DNA from: Patescibacteria group bacterium | Lineage (GTDB): Bacteria > Patescibacteriota > Minisyncoccia > UBA6257 > Colwellbacteraceae | Reading direction: 5' to 3' | Length of the DNA: 64,000 bases | NCBI GenBank assembly: GCA_023380305.1 | Contig: JAMCQZ010000005.1 | Location: 14,902 to 78,901, forward strand | Shown: positions 54,947 to 64,000 of the stretch, piece by piece | Layout of the letters: each line of letters starts with the position of its first letter | How positions within the stretch are numbered: position 1 is the first letter of the stretch | Program-made: the position numbers and the translations under genes | The notes under the pieces: generated by a model | What the model was told of the DNA's origin: nothing | Database searches by the model: none | Seen by the model: only the letters and a program-made list of their open reading frames with translations

Positions 54947-56745
54947 AGAAGCCGGCTGGTCGGAAGAAGGGTCTGGCGCCAGCCGAAGGACCGAACGTAG
55001 ATAGTATCCGGCACTCCATTTCCCACATCGTCGCCCTGGCGACCATGGAGAAATTCCCAAAAGCCAAGCTCGGCATCGGTCCGACGATCGAAAACGGATT
55101 CTACTATGATTTCGGCCTCAAGGAAATCACCGATGAAAATCTGAAATCCATCGAAGGCCGCAGTCGAGAGCTCCTTAAGCAGGGGCTAAAATTCAAAAAA
55201 GAAATCGTCACTCCGGCTGAAGCAAAAAAGATCTTTAAAGACCAGCCGTTCAAGTTGGAATTGATCGACGAGTTGAAGAAGCAAAAAAAGACGATCAGTA
55301 TCTATAAGACCTACGACAAAAGCCCGAAGGATCCCCTTTTTATCGATCTTTGCGCCGGACCCCACGTCAAATCGACCTCGGAGATCGATCCCGAAGCCTT
55401 TAAGCTAACTTCGATCGCCGGAGCCTATTGGAAAGGAGACGAAAAAAATCCGATGCTCCAACGCATATACGGGTTGGCCTTCGCCTCGAAGAAAGCGCTC
55501 AACGATTATCTTGTTGTCCAAGCCGAAGCCGAAAAGCGAGACCACCGCAAACTCGGCGCCGAATTGGAGCTTTTTATGATTTCCGACGAAGTCGGACAGG
55601 GTCTTCCCCTTTTCCTGCCGAAAGGCAGCCGGTTGAGGCACGAGATCATGACTTTTGCCTTGAACACCTACCTGAAGAACGGCTACGAAATGGTAACCAC
55701 GCCCCACATCGGATCCCAAAAACTTTGGGACAGATCGGGACACACCGGATTCTACAAAGACAGCATGTACGCTCCCTTCGGCATCGAAGGCGAAAACTAC
55801 CTTTTGAAGCCGATGAACTGCCCATTGCACATCCAGCTTTACAAGAGCAAACCGCGCTCCTACCGCGACTTGCCGATCAGATGGACGGAAATGGGCACTG
55901 TTTACCGCTATGAACGCTCCGGCACCCTCCACGGGCTGACTCGCGTTCGCGGTTTTACCCAGGACGACGCGCACATCTTTTGTACTCCGGAGCAAATCGA
56001 AGACGAGGTGAAAAAAGCTCTTAAGCTCACTATTTACATCCTCGGAACTTTCGGATTCAGAGATCTCGAGATGAACCTGAGTGTCCGCGATCCCAAAAAG
56101 AAGGGGGATTTCATCGGAGGCGATAAAGACTGGGCCATGGCCGAGAAGGCTTTGAGGCTCGCCATGGAAGAAATGAGATTCAAGGATTTCGCTTACGATG
56201 TCGGCGGCGCCGCTTTCTACGGTCCGAAAATAGACATCAAAGTGAGCGACGCCATCGGCCGCAAATGGCAGCTTTCGACCATCCAATTCGATTTCAACGA
56301 ACCGGCCAGGTTCGATATGGCCTACACCGACGATAAAGGCAAAGAGAAGCGGCCTCTGATGGTGCACCGGGCGCTTTTGGGATCGCTCGAACGGTTTATG
56401 GGCGTCTACATCGAGCACGTGGCCGGAGCTTTCCCGGTTTGGATCGCACCTGTTCAGGCAGCTATCATTCCGATCTCCGAGAAATTCAACCGCTATGCCA
56501 AAGACCTTGAAGAAAAACTGATGGCCGAAGATATTCGGACCGAGCTCTATTCGAGCGCCGAGACCCTGGGGCGCCGCATCCGCGCCGCGGAGATGCAGAA
56601 AATCCCCTACATTCTCATCGTCGGAGAAGCGGAGATGAAATCGAACACCGTCTCGGTGAGAAAACGCGGCGAAGGCGATCTCGGGGCCAAACCCGTCGAT
56701 GCCTTTCTACAAAATCTGAAGCAGGAAATCAAAAACAGAAAATAG
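54922..56745 (+). CDS. thrS: Threonyl-tRNA synthetase
   Basis: N2 editing-domain motif RHSISHIVA, the class II core and a C-terminal anticodon-binding domain. The N-terminal TGS domain seems to be absent. The gene overlaps the end of dnaE. Confidence 0.85.
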   Translation: MRNSKNNIKKPAGRKKGLAPAEGPNVDSIRHSISHIVALATMEKFPKAKLGIGPTIENGFYYDFGLKEITDENLKSIEGRSRELLKQGLKFKKEIVTPAEAKKIFKDQPFKLELIDELKKQKKTISIYKTYDKSPKDPLFIDLCAGPHVKSTSEIDPEAFKLTSIAGAYWKGDEKNPMLQRIYGLAFASKKALNDYLVVQAEAEKRDHRKLGAELELFMISDEVGQGLPLFLPKGSRLRHEIMTFALNTYLKNGYEMVTTPHIGSQKLWDRSGHTGFYKDSMYAPFGIEGENYLLKPMNCPLHIQLYKSKPRSYRDLPIRWTEMGTVYRYERSGTLHGLTRVRGFTQDDAHIFCTPEQIEDEVKKALKLTIYILGTFGFRDLEMNLSVRDPKKKGDFIGGDKDWAMAEKALRLAMEEMRFKDFAYDVGGAAFYGPKIDIKVSDAIGRKWQLSTIQFDFNEPARFDMAYTDDKGKEKRPLMVHRALLGSLERFMGVYIEHVAGAFPVWIAPVQAAIIPISEKFNRYAKDLEEKLMAEDIRTELYSSAETLGRRIRAAEMQKIPYILIVGEAEMKSNTVSVRKRGEGDLGAKPVDAFLQNLKQEIKNRK

Positions 56746-56754
56746 CCAAGAAAT

Positions 56755-56780
56755 AAAACCCCTTCCTCTGAAGGGGTTTT
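56755..56780 (+). terminator. Rho-independent terminator after thrS
   Basis: AAAACCCCTT, loop CCTCTG, AAGGGGTTTT. Confidence 0.75.
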
Positions 56781-56808
56781 ATCGCGGCCGAAATTCGTAT
56801 AGATTGAA

Positions 56809-57735
56809 ATGATGACTGCCTTGAAACCGAAACTGATCGTCATTCTCGGACCGAACGCCTCGGGCAAGACCGGGCTTTCGATCAAGCTCGCGAAATTTAT
56901 CGAATCGAAAAAACTTGGATACCGCGGCGCCGAAATCATCTCGGCCGATTCCCGGCAGGTTTACAAGGGACTGGATTTGGGAACGGGTAAAATCACCAAA
57001 AAAGAAATGTCCGGGATTCCCCACCATCTTTTGGACATCGCCTCTCCAAAAAGGACTCTCTCGGTGGCGGATTACCAAAAGCTCGGAGAAAAAGCCGTTC
57101 GCGAGATATTGTTCCGAGGTAAACTTCCCGTCATCTGCGGCGGCACCGGGCTTTACATCGACAGCTTGATCTATGATTTTCAGCTTCCGGAAGTGGCGCC
57201 CGATCCGGCTTTGAGAAAAAAACTGGAGAAAAAAACCACCGAAGCGCTTTTTAGAGATCTCCAAAAAATTGATCCCAGACGCGGCGCGGTCATCGACTCT
57301 CATAATCGGCGGCGGCTCATCCGGGCGCTCGAAATTATCATCAAATCCGGAAAACCTGTTCCGGCGCTCCAAAAGCGACCGGCCTATAATGTTTTGAAAA
57401 TCGGCCTTATCCGGTCGAAAGATGATCTCCGCGACCGCATCTTAAAAAGACTCGATGAACGTTTAAGCCAGGGCATGATCAAGGAAGCGAAAAAACTCCA
57501 CGACCGCGGATTATCCTGGAAACGCATGGAGGAATTGGGACTTGAATACCGATATTTGAGCCGTTATCTCCGCGGCCGGATCAGTCTGGAAGAAATGAAG
57601 TCCGAGCTTTCGCGGGAAATCGTCAATTACGCCAAACGCCAAATGACTTGGTTTAAGAAAGACAAAAACATCCGCTGGGTTAAAACCGAAAAAGAAGCCG
57701 AACGCCTCTTAAAACGGTTCTTGAAGAACGGTTAA
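56809..57735 (+). CDS. miaA: tRNA dimethylallyltransferase
   Basis: P-loop GPNASGKT and ISADSRQVYKGLDLGTGK. Confidence 0.85.
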   Translation: MMTALKPKLIVILGPNASGKTGLSIKLAKFIESKKLGYRGAEIISADSRQVYKGLDLGTGKITKKEMSGIPHHLLDIASPKRTLSVADYQKLGEKAVREILFRGKLPVICGGTGLYIDSLIYDFQLPEVAPDPALRKKLEKKTTEALFRDLQKIDPRRGAVIDSHNRRRLIRALEIIIKSGKPVPALQKRPAYNVLKIGLIRSKDDLRDRILKRLDERLSQGMIKEAKKLHDRGLSWKRMEELGLEYRYLSRYLRGRISLEEMKSELSREIVNYAKRQMTWFKKDKNIRWVKTEKEAERLLKRFLKNG

Positions 57736-59231
57736 AGCTGTTTTTCGAGCTTCTCGCCGATTTTCCCAGGATGGCCCTTGCCTTTGAGCTCGGCCATGGT
57801 CTTGCCTATCAAAAACTGCAAGGCTGTTTTCTTGCCAGCTTTGTAATCCGCCACCGCTCCCGGATTTTCGGCGACCACTTTATTGACTGCCTGCTCGATG
57901 ATTTCTTCGTCTGATACTTGTTCCAATCCCTTTTCTTTGACGATCTGCCTCGGATCCAAACCTGTTTTTTGCATTTCCGGAATCAAATCCTTGGCGACGC
58001 GGCTCGTTATCTCGCCATTAAAAATCAAATCCGCCAGATCGGCGAGGTTCTCCGGACTGATTTTTAATTCCTCGAAGCCGATGCCCTGGCTGTTCATAAA
58101 TCCTTTAAGATCACTTGTCAGATAATTGAAGGCGAGTTCGGTAAACCGCTGTTTTTCGGACGAATCGATGTCGTCGTCCCCTTCCGCTTCCGAAATAGTC
58201 TCTTCGAAGAAATCCGCCAGATCTCCGTCTTCGATCATTAAATCCGCCTGGACCTCGACAAGACCGTACTCCTTCATCAGACGGGATTTCTTTTCCAAAG
58301 GCAGCTCGGGAATGGCTCGCCGCAATTCTTCCAAATTAATAAGCGAGGTTTCTTGCAGGTCGATCGACGGAATGTCCGGCTCCGGGAAATAACGGTAATC
58401 CTTGGCCTCCTCTTTGCTCCTCTGGCTGAAAGTGGCTTTTTTGTTTTGATCCCAACCGCGAGTTTCTTGAAAAACTTTGCCGCCGGATTCCAAAGCCTCG
58501 GTCTGCCTTCGGATCTCGAAATTAACGGCGTCTCCGACCGATTTGAAAGAATTCAAGTTTTTCACCTCAACTTTGGTGCCAAACTCGTCTTGGCCTTCCG
58601 GCCGGACAGAAATATTGGCTTCGACTCGCATCTGGCCTTTTTCCATATCGGCGTCAGAGATGCGAAGATAGCGAAGAATAAGCCGCAACATCTTGGCGAA
58701 AGCGACCGCCTGCTCCCCGCTTTTAATATCCGGTTCAGTGACGAGTTCCATAAGAGGGACGCCAGCGCGATTGAAGTCGACATAAGTCGCTTTATCCGAC
58801 GTCTTTAGGCGTTCGTCGTCTTTTGCCCCGTGAGAACGAGACAAAGCCGGAATTTCGTGGAGCAACCGGCCGACATCTTCTTCCAGATGAATCCTTTTGA
58901 CGCGAACCCCCAGAAGCTCGCCGTTTCTCACCAAAGGTTCGTCGTATTGGGAAATCTGATAGCCCTTAGGAAGATCTGGATAGAAATAACTTTTCCGGTC
59001 GAATTTCGATTTTTCGGCCAAGTCGGCTTGAAGCGCCAACCCGAGTTTTAGAACCGATTTAACGGCCTCGATATTCGGCACCGGCAAAGTGCCCGGATGG
59101 CCGAGACAGATCGGACAGACGTTTGTGTTCGGCTTCGTCTCCAAGCTGTCGTTTTTACAGCCGCAGAACATCTTCGTCTTCGTCTTCAGCTCGACGTGGA
59201 TTTCCAAACCGATAGTAGGCAGATATTTCAT
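57732..59231 (-). CDS. gatB: Asp-tRNA(Asn)/Glu-tRNA(Gln) amidotransferase subunit B
   Basis: MKYLPTIGLEIHVEL...FCGC at the N-terminus and a C-terminal GatB/YqeY domain. The track ORF starts at 59267; Met13 was chosen so the upstream terminator is not overlapped. Confidence 0.85.
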   Translation of the reverse strand: MKYLPTIGLEIHVELKTKTKMFCGCKNDSLETKPNTNVCPICLGHPGTLPVPNIEAVKSVLKLGLALQADLAEKSKFDRKSYFYPDLPKGYQISQYDEPLVRNGELLGVRVKRIHLEEDVGRLLHEIPALSRSHGAKDDERLKTSDKATYVDFNRAGVPLMELVTEPDIKSGEQAVAFAKMLRLILRYLRISDADMEKGQMRVEANISVRPEGQDEFGTKVEVKNLNSFKSVGDAVNFEIRRQTEALESGGKVFQETRGWDQNKKATFSQRSKEEAKDYRYFPEPDIPSIDLQETSLINLEELRRAIPELPLEKKSRLMKEYGLVEVQADLMIEDGDLADFFEETISEAEGDDDIDSSEKQRFTELAFNYLTSDLKGFMNSQGIGFEELKISPENLADLADLIFNGEITSRVAKDLIPEMQKTGLDPRQIVKEKGLEQVSDEEIIEQAVNKVVAENPGAVADYKAGKKTALQFLIGKTMAELKGKGHPGKIGEKLEKQL

Positions 59232-59270
59232 CAGATTTAAGCTTATTCTAACAGGTTTTCGGAACAAGAA

Positions 59271-59293
59271 AAAAGCCCTCTTCCGAGGGCTTA
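59271..59293 (-). terminator. Intrinsic terminator after tmk
   Basis: AAGCCCTC, loop TTCC, GAGGGCTT, with a T-tract on the minus strand. Confidence 0.65.
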
Positions 59294-59297
59294 AAAC

Positions 59298-60014
59298 TTA
59301 ATCTTTTTTGTTTCGGTCAAGCTTAGCCTGGAGACTTGTCTTTAAAACAGCCTCCACTTTGGCGTCCACTTGTTCGTGGGACAGGTTTTCTCCACGATCG
59401 TCACAACACTCGACAAGAACAAACCCGGGGTAGTTTTCGGTAAGCCAGCGATAGGCTCGACCGGCGTTAATCAGATGCTGCGGATCGATTTCGTGGCCCT
59501 TTGGATTGCCCCGACCGGCGATCCTCTGCTCCACCAGCTCTGGCGGCAGCCAAAGGATGATGTTTATATCCGGCTTCGGGATTCCGTAAAACCCGTATTC
59601 CCGGTCGAAAAGCCAGTCGACGAATTCTTTGCGCTTTTCGGGATCGCTGATTTTGCCACCTTGATGGCCGGCGTTCGATTCGACATAACGATCACAGATG
59701 ACCACTTTTCCCTCGGCGAGCGCCTGCCTAATTTCGAAACTCGCGTCGTAGCGGTCAAGAGCGTAAAACTCCGAGGCAATTTTCGGAGCGACGTCGTTCG
59801 GCGGACCGTAACGCGGCGGCGCGTTATCGGGCAGTTTGCCAAGATAGGCGGCCACGAAATATCCAGCCGGCGATCCGTAACGAGGAAAGGCGAACTTGGC
59901 GACCGAATACCCCTGGTCGGCAAACCATTTTTCGGCGAACTGCGATTCGGTGTTTTTACCGGTGCCGTCGGTACCGCCGAAAACGATCATCAATCCACCT
60001 GGTATTTGACGCAT
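59298..60014 (-). CDS. tmk: Thymidylate kinase
   Basis: P-loop FGGTDGTGKNTE and the DRY motif CDRYVESNAGHQG. The start is possibly Met9 (59990). Confidence 0.65.
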   Translation of the reverse strand: MRQIPGGLMIVFGGTDGTGKNTESQFAEKWFADQGYSVAKFAFPRYGSPAGYFVAAYLGKLPDNAPPRYGPPNDVAPKIASEFYALDRYDASFEIRQALAEGKVVICDRYVESNAGHQGGKISDPEKRKEFVDWLFDREYGFYGIPKPDINIILWLPPELVEQRIAGRGNPKGHEIDPQHLINAGRAYRWLTENYPGFVLVECCDDRGENLSHEQVDAKVEAVLKTSLQAKLDRNKKD

Positions 60015-60020
60015 GATTAT

Positions 60021-60584
60021 TTATAGCTTGTCAAAAAGATTCTGCGGATTGGCCGCGGTTGGACCTTTTTGTTTGTTATACAATGATTTTTTTCTGAGAT
60101 TATAGGGTTTTTCAGCCGGGCTCGAAAGATATTCCACGGCCACCTGGCAAATATACATGCCCGGATAAAGCTTTACTGGCAGATCAGATTGATTGCTAAT
60201 CTCCAAGGTGATGGATCCCTCGAATCCCGGATCGACAAAGCCGGCCGTGTGGACCAGAATGCCCATCCGCGCCAGAGTGCTCTTACCCTCCACTCGGAGC
60301 ACCATATCGTCCGGAACCTTCATATATTCGGCTGTGCTTGCCAAAATAAATTTTCCCGGATGCAAAATAAACGACTCGCGATGGTCGTATTTTTTCATAA
60401 CGTCGAGCGGGATGCCTTTTTTCGTATCGAGCAAGCTCGTCTCGCTGATGTGAAAAACCTTGAATTGCGGGCCGAGTTTGAGATCAATCGAAGCTGGACC
60501 GATCTGGTCCGGAGAAATTTTAGGAAGAAAAACCAATCTTTTCTGCTTGATGACTTTTTTGATATCTCTATCGGAAAGAATCAT
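60021..60584 (-). CDS. dcd: dCTP deaminase
   Basis: MILSDRDI...ASIDLKLG and the VDPGFEG motif; 187 aa. Confidence 0.85.
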   Translation of the reverse strand: MILSDRDIKKVIKQKRLVFLPKISPDQIGPASIDLKLGPQFKVFHISETSLLDTKKGIPLDVMKKYDHRESFILHPGKFILASTAEYMKVPDDMVLRVEGKSTLARMGILVHTAGFVDPGFEGSITLEISNQSDLPVKLYPGMYICQVAVEYLSSPAEKPYNLRKKSLYNKQKGPTAANPQNLFDKL

Positions 60585-60601
60585 GAAGCCTGGTGATCGG
60601 A

Positions 60602-61024
60602 CTATTTGATTTCGATACCCATCGATCGGGCGGTCCCAGCGATTATTTTTTCGGCGGCTTCGACGTCGTTCGCGTTCAAATCCACCATTTTCTTCTCGGC
60701 GATTTTGCGCAGATCCTCCTTGCTCACCGTTCCCACTTTATTTTTGTTCGGAACAGCCGAACCCTTCTCGATGCCGGCGGCCTTGCGGAGCAGATCCGAA
60801 GCCGGCGGAGTCTTTAACTTAAAAGTGAAGCTTCTGTCCTCGTAAACGGTGATTTCAGCCGGAATAATGTCGCTGCCCATATCCTTGGTGGCGTCGTTAA
60901 ACTGCTTGCAGAAATCCTGGATATTGATTCCGTGCTGTCCCAACGCCGGACCCACCGGAGGAGCCGGGTTAGCAGCGCCGGCCTTAATCTGAAGTTTTAA
61001 TATTGTTTTGATTGGTTTAGCCAT
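60602..61024 (-). CDS. rplK: 50S ribosomal protein L11
   Basis: [26 protein letters not shown]. Confidence 0.95.
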   Translation of the reverse strand: MAKPIKTILKLQIKAGAANPAPPVGPALGQHGINIQDFCKQFNDATKDMGSDIIPAEITVYEDRSFTFKLKTPPASDLLRKAAGIEKGSAVPNKNKVGTVSKEDLRKIAEKKMVDLNANDVEAAEKIIAGTARSMGIEIK

Positions 61025-61044
61025 ATTAGCGAAAATATCTTAAA

Positions 61045-61599
61045 CTAAATTTTCTTCACTTGCAAAGCGTCGATCTCTACGGCTGTGTCGCGGCCGAAAA
61101 TGGAGACCAGGACCTTGACCCGGCCCCTTGTCTCGTCCACTTCCGAAATCTTGGCGTCGGCGTCTTTGAACGGACCGTCGGTGATACGGACAAGATCGCC
61201 CGGCTTGTAATCAATTCTGAAACTCGGCTCCTCGCCGGTCATCTTGGCCATCAAAGAGTCGACTTCGGCCTTGGAAAGAGGCGTCGGGGTGGTGGTGTCG
61301 GCGCCGACAAAACCGGTAACGCGCGGGGTGTTCCGGACGATATACCAAGTGTCCGGCCCCATGACCATGTCGACGAGCACGTAGCCCGGATAGATTTTCT
61401 CTTCGACGACCGTCCGGCGGCCGTTCTTGATCTTCACTTTTTTCTCTTTCGGAACGATAACATTAAAAATCTTATCCTCGACAGCCAAAGATTCGATGCG
61501 CTGTTTTAAATAGCGACTGACGGCGTCCTCGTAGCCCGAATAAGTGTGCACCGCATACCAGTGCCGAATTCCAGTTTGTTCTGATGTGGTTTTGTCCAT
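61045..61599 (-). CDS. nusG: Transcription termination/antitermination factor NusG
   Basis: WYAVHTYSGYE NGN domain and a C-terminal KOW domain (GDLVRITDGPFKD). Confidence 0.9.
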   Translation of the reverse strand: MDKTTSEQTGIRHWYAVHTYSGYEDAVSRYLKQRIESLAVEDKIFNVIVPKEKKVKIKNGRRTVVEEKIYPGYVLVDMVMGPDTWYIVRNTPRVTGFVGADTTTPTPLSKAEVDSLMAKMTGEEPSFRIDYKPGDLVRITDGPFKDADAKISEVDETRGRVKVLVSIFGRDTAVEIDALQVKKI

Positions 61600-61605
61600 G
61601 AAGCG

Positions 61606-61791
61606 TTAAATCTTAAGGATTAATCTCTTCAAGAGAAACGTGAAAAAAGAATCGCTTGTAGAAAGCAAGATAGCCACCGCCGCCGAGAAAAGGACGACGA
61701 TGAGCACCATCCGCAAAGTCTCCCGCCTGCTCGGCCAGTTGACTTTGCGAAGCTCTTCGTAAGAATTTTTGATGAATTTATTCAGCGCCAT
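61606..61791 (-). CDS. secE: Preprotein translocase subunit SecE
   Basis: 61 aa with a single transmembrane helix. The conserved secE-nusG-rplK order supports the call. Confidence 0.8.
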   Translation of the reverse strand: MALNKFIKNSYEELRKVNWPSRRETLRMVLIVVLFSAAVAILLSTSDSFFTFLLKRLILKI

Positions 61792-61821
61792 ATAAGCTTT
61801 GTAAGGTTATAATTTTTGAGG

Positions 61822-63789
61822 CTAGATGTCAAGATTTTTAACCGAAGCCCCGTGAATCTGGATGTATCTTTTTCTCGGTTCAACCTCGCTGCCCATGAAA
61901 ATATCGAAAAGATGGTCCGCTTCCTTGGCGTCGGTGATCGTCACCACTTTCATCAGTCTCGTCTCCGGATCCATGGTCGTTTCCCAAAGCTGTTCCGGGT
62001 TCATTTCTCCCAAGCCTTTGTAGCGGCTGACCACGGCAGCCTCGCCCATTTTTTTGATCAGATCGTCTTTCTCGGCATCGGTGTAGCAATAATGGAATTC
62101 CTTGCCCTTCTGAACTTTATAGAGCGGCGGTTGGGCGATAAAAATATGTCCGGCTTCAATCAGCCGCGGGAAATAGCGGTAAAAAAGAGTAAGGAGCAAA
62201 GTCCGGATATGGGCGCCATCGACATCGGCATCGGTCATGATGATCACCTTGCCGTATCTTAATTTTTCCAAATTGAAGTCCTCGCCGAAAGCCGTTCCCA
62301 AAGCGACGATCAAAGATTTGATTTCGTTATTGGCGAGCATCCGGTGGATCTGGGCTTTCTCGACGTTTAAAATTTTCCCCCTCAAGGGCAGAATGGCCTG
62401 GAAGCGGCGATCCCGGCCCTGTTTGGCCGAGCCGCCGGCGGATTCTCCCTCGACGATGAACATCTCGGCTTCCTCACTTTTCCTCGTCTGACAATCAGCC
62501 AGTTTTCCCGGTAAAGTCAGGCCCTCCAGGGCGCCTTTGCGCAAAACAGTGTCCTTGGCCGCCTTGGCCGCCTTTCTCGCTTTGGCCGCCAAAACGCATT
62601 TTTCAACCATCCTCCGGCCATCGGCGCCGTGCTTTTCCAAAAATTCTTTAAGCGCTTCCGAAACAACGGCGTCAACCGTGCTCCTTGCTTCCGGATTGCC
62701 AAGCCTGGCTTTGGTCTGGCCCTCGAACTGGGGATCTTTGAGCTTCACCGAAACAACGGCGATCAATCCCTCCCTCACGTCTTCGCCCGTCAGATTGTCT
62801 TCGCCTTCCTTGAGATAGCCCGAAGAACGGCTGAAATCGTTTAAAGTCCTCGTGAGCGCCGTCCTCAAACCGGTCAGATGCATGCCACCGTCCGAAGTAT
62901 GAATGTTGTTCGCGAAGCTGTATTCCTCGGCTTCGAAGCCATCGGTATAAGCCAGGGCCGCTTCGATATCCATTCCGCCGTATTCCTTGTTCACATAGAA
63001 AACCTCCTCTTGGATGATGCGGTCTCCATCCTCGTTTAAATAATCGATGAACGATCTAAGTCCTCCGTCGAATTGGAAAGCATAATAGAAAGGAGTCTCT
63101 TCCCTGTAGTCGGTAAAGATAATCCTCAAGCCCTTGGTGAGATACGCCTGTTCCCGGAGATGATCCAGAATCCTTTTTTTGTCGAAAACCATTTCGGAAA
63201 ATATCAACCTGTCGGGATAAAAAGTGGACGTGGTGCCGTGGCCCTCGGATTTGCCGATTTTCTTCGCGGCGTATTTCGGCTTTCCGCGCTCGTACTCCTG
63301 GACATAAAGATAGCCGCCCTGGCGGACCTCCACCTTCATCCATTCGGACAGGGCGTTCACCACCGAAGCGCCGACTCCGTGCAAACCGCCGGAAACCTTG
63401 TATCCGCCTCCGCCGAACTTGCCGCCGGCGTGCAACACGGTCATGACGGTTTCGAGCGCAGACTTTTTGGTGACGCTGTGAACGTCAACCGGAATGCCTC
63501 GGCCATCGTCCTGAACGGTAATGCTGCCATCCTTGTTTATCTCCACGCGGATGTTTTTGGCGTAACCGCCCATGGCCTCGTCGACCGAGTTGTCGACGAT
63601 CTCCCAAATCAGGTGGTGCAAGCCGTCGACGCCGGTCGAGCCGATATACATGCCCGGACGCTTTCTCACCGGCTCCAGGCCCTCCAAAACTTCAATATCT
63701 TTGGCGCTGTACGATTGTTCTTTTTTAACGGGTTTTTCCTCGCTTTTTTTAACCATTTTAGATGTTTCCAAATTAAATCCAGCCCTCAA
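61822..63789 (-). CDS. gyrB: DNA gyrase subunit B
   Basis: GHKL ATPase, TOPRIM (EGDSAGG) and the C-terminal domain. The start is possibly Met12 (63756). Confidence 0.9.
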   Translation of the reverse strand: MRAGFNLETSKMVKKSEEKPVKKEQSYSAKDIEVLEGLEPVRKRPGMYIGSTGVDGLHHLIWEIVDNSVDEAMGGYAKNIRVEINKDGSITVQDDGRGIPVDVHSVTKKSALETVMTVLHAGGKFGGGGYKVSGGLHGVGASVVNALSEWMKVEVRQGGYLYVQEYERGKPKYAAKKIGKSEGHGTTSTFYPDRLIFSEMVFDKKRILDHLREQAYLTKGLRIIFTDYREETPFYYAFQFDGGLRSFIDYLNEDGDRIIQEEVFYVNKEYGGMDIEAALAYTDGFEAEEYSFANNIHTSDGGMHLTGLRTALTRTLNDFSRSSGYLKEGEDNLTGEDVREGLIAVVSVKLKDPQFEGQTKARLGNPEARSTVDAVVSEALKEFLEKHGADGRRMVEKCVLAAKARKAAKAAKDTVLRKGALEGLTLPGKLADCQTRKSEEAEMFIVEGESAGGSAKQGRDRRFQAILPLRGKILNVEKAQIHRMLANNEIKSLIVALGTAFGEDFNLEKLRYGKVIIMTDADVDGAHIRTLLLTLFYRYFPRLIEAGHIFIAQPPLYKVQKGKEFHYCYTDAEKDDLIKKMGEAAVVSRYKGLGEMNPEQLWETTMDPETRLMKVVTITDAKEADHLFDIFMGSEVEPRKRYIQIHGASVKNLDI

Positions 63790-63849
63790 AAAGGCTTATT
63801 TATTCTACCAAAAAACCGGCCCGAAAACAACCCTCAAAACCCCCGTAAA

Positions 63850-64000
63850 TCAACGGATTTGGGCATTGAAATTGGCCGTTAAAACGTTCTCGATTTTGGC
63901 TGTCGCGCGGTTCGCTTCCTCGTCCGACAAGGTCCTTTTCATGGACTGGAAAACCAAACGCAGGGTCAGACCGATCAAGCCTTCGCCCGCCGCCTCCGGC
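63850..64000 (-). CDS. pheT: Phenylalanyl-tRNA synthetase beta subunit, C-terminal fragment; the gene starts beyond the window
   Basis: The ...LTLRLVFQSMKRTLSDEEANRATAKIENVLTANFNAQIR* ending matches the PheT FDX-ACB C-terminal domain. The stop codon is TGA. Confidence 0.6.
   Translation of the reverse strand, partial: PEAAGEGLIGLTLRLVFQSMKRTLSDEEANRATAKIENVLTANFNAQIR

Overview
This 64-kb window is a gene-dense, mostly minus-strand chromosomal segment. Its gene content is streamlined and housekeeping-heavy, which suggests a small-genome, CPR/Patescibacteria-like bacterium; that is inference from gene content only. TGA is used as a stop codon (at the pheT end), so this is not a UGA-recoding lineage. 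Recognisable core genes include rtcB plus archease, an ABC-F ATPase, obg, a UvrD-type helicase fused to a Cas4-like nuclease, typA, ftsEX, a truncated RF2-like factor, tRNA-Thr(CGU), ZnuBC-like ABC parts, pyrG, tRNA-Gly(CCC), lepA, a DUF4012 protein, NUDIX/MazG-like/PPase genes, secA, hpf, murB, a four-subunit 2-oxoacid:ferredoxin oxidoreductase, rnc, nusB, rpmF, rnhB, dnaE, thrS, miaA, gatB, tmk, dcd, rplK, nusG, secE, gyrB and the 3' end of pheT. The main find is a ~16-kb co-directional block at 33.3-49.5 kb. It is centred on a precursor-like ORF (45218-45994) whose C-terminal half is about 50 consecutive His-Xaa-Ser triplets, encoded by an 18-nt (2 x 9-nt) tandem DNA repeat. Nine radical-SAM enzymes with C-terminal SPASM/twitch-like Cys clusters flank it (one upstream, eight downstream). 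The block also holds a Cys-motif protein, an A24 prepilin-peptidase-like membrane protein, small ORFs including a possible HxsD-like protein, and a secreted beta-helix-like repeat protein. This looks like a greatly expanded version of the TIGRFAMs His-Xaa-Ser (Hxs) peptide-maturation system. Secondary items are an RF2 homolog that exactly lacks domain 1 and sits next to a tRNA, a 30-aa lysine-rich micro-ORF with a perfect terminator, and a promoter plus leader hairpin upstream of typA.
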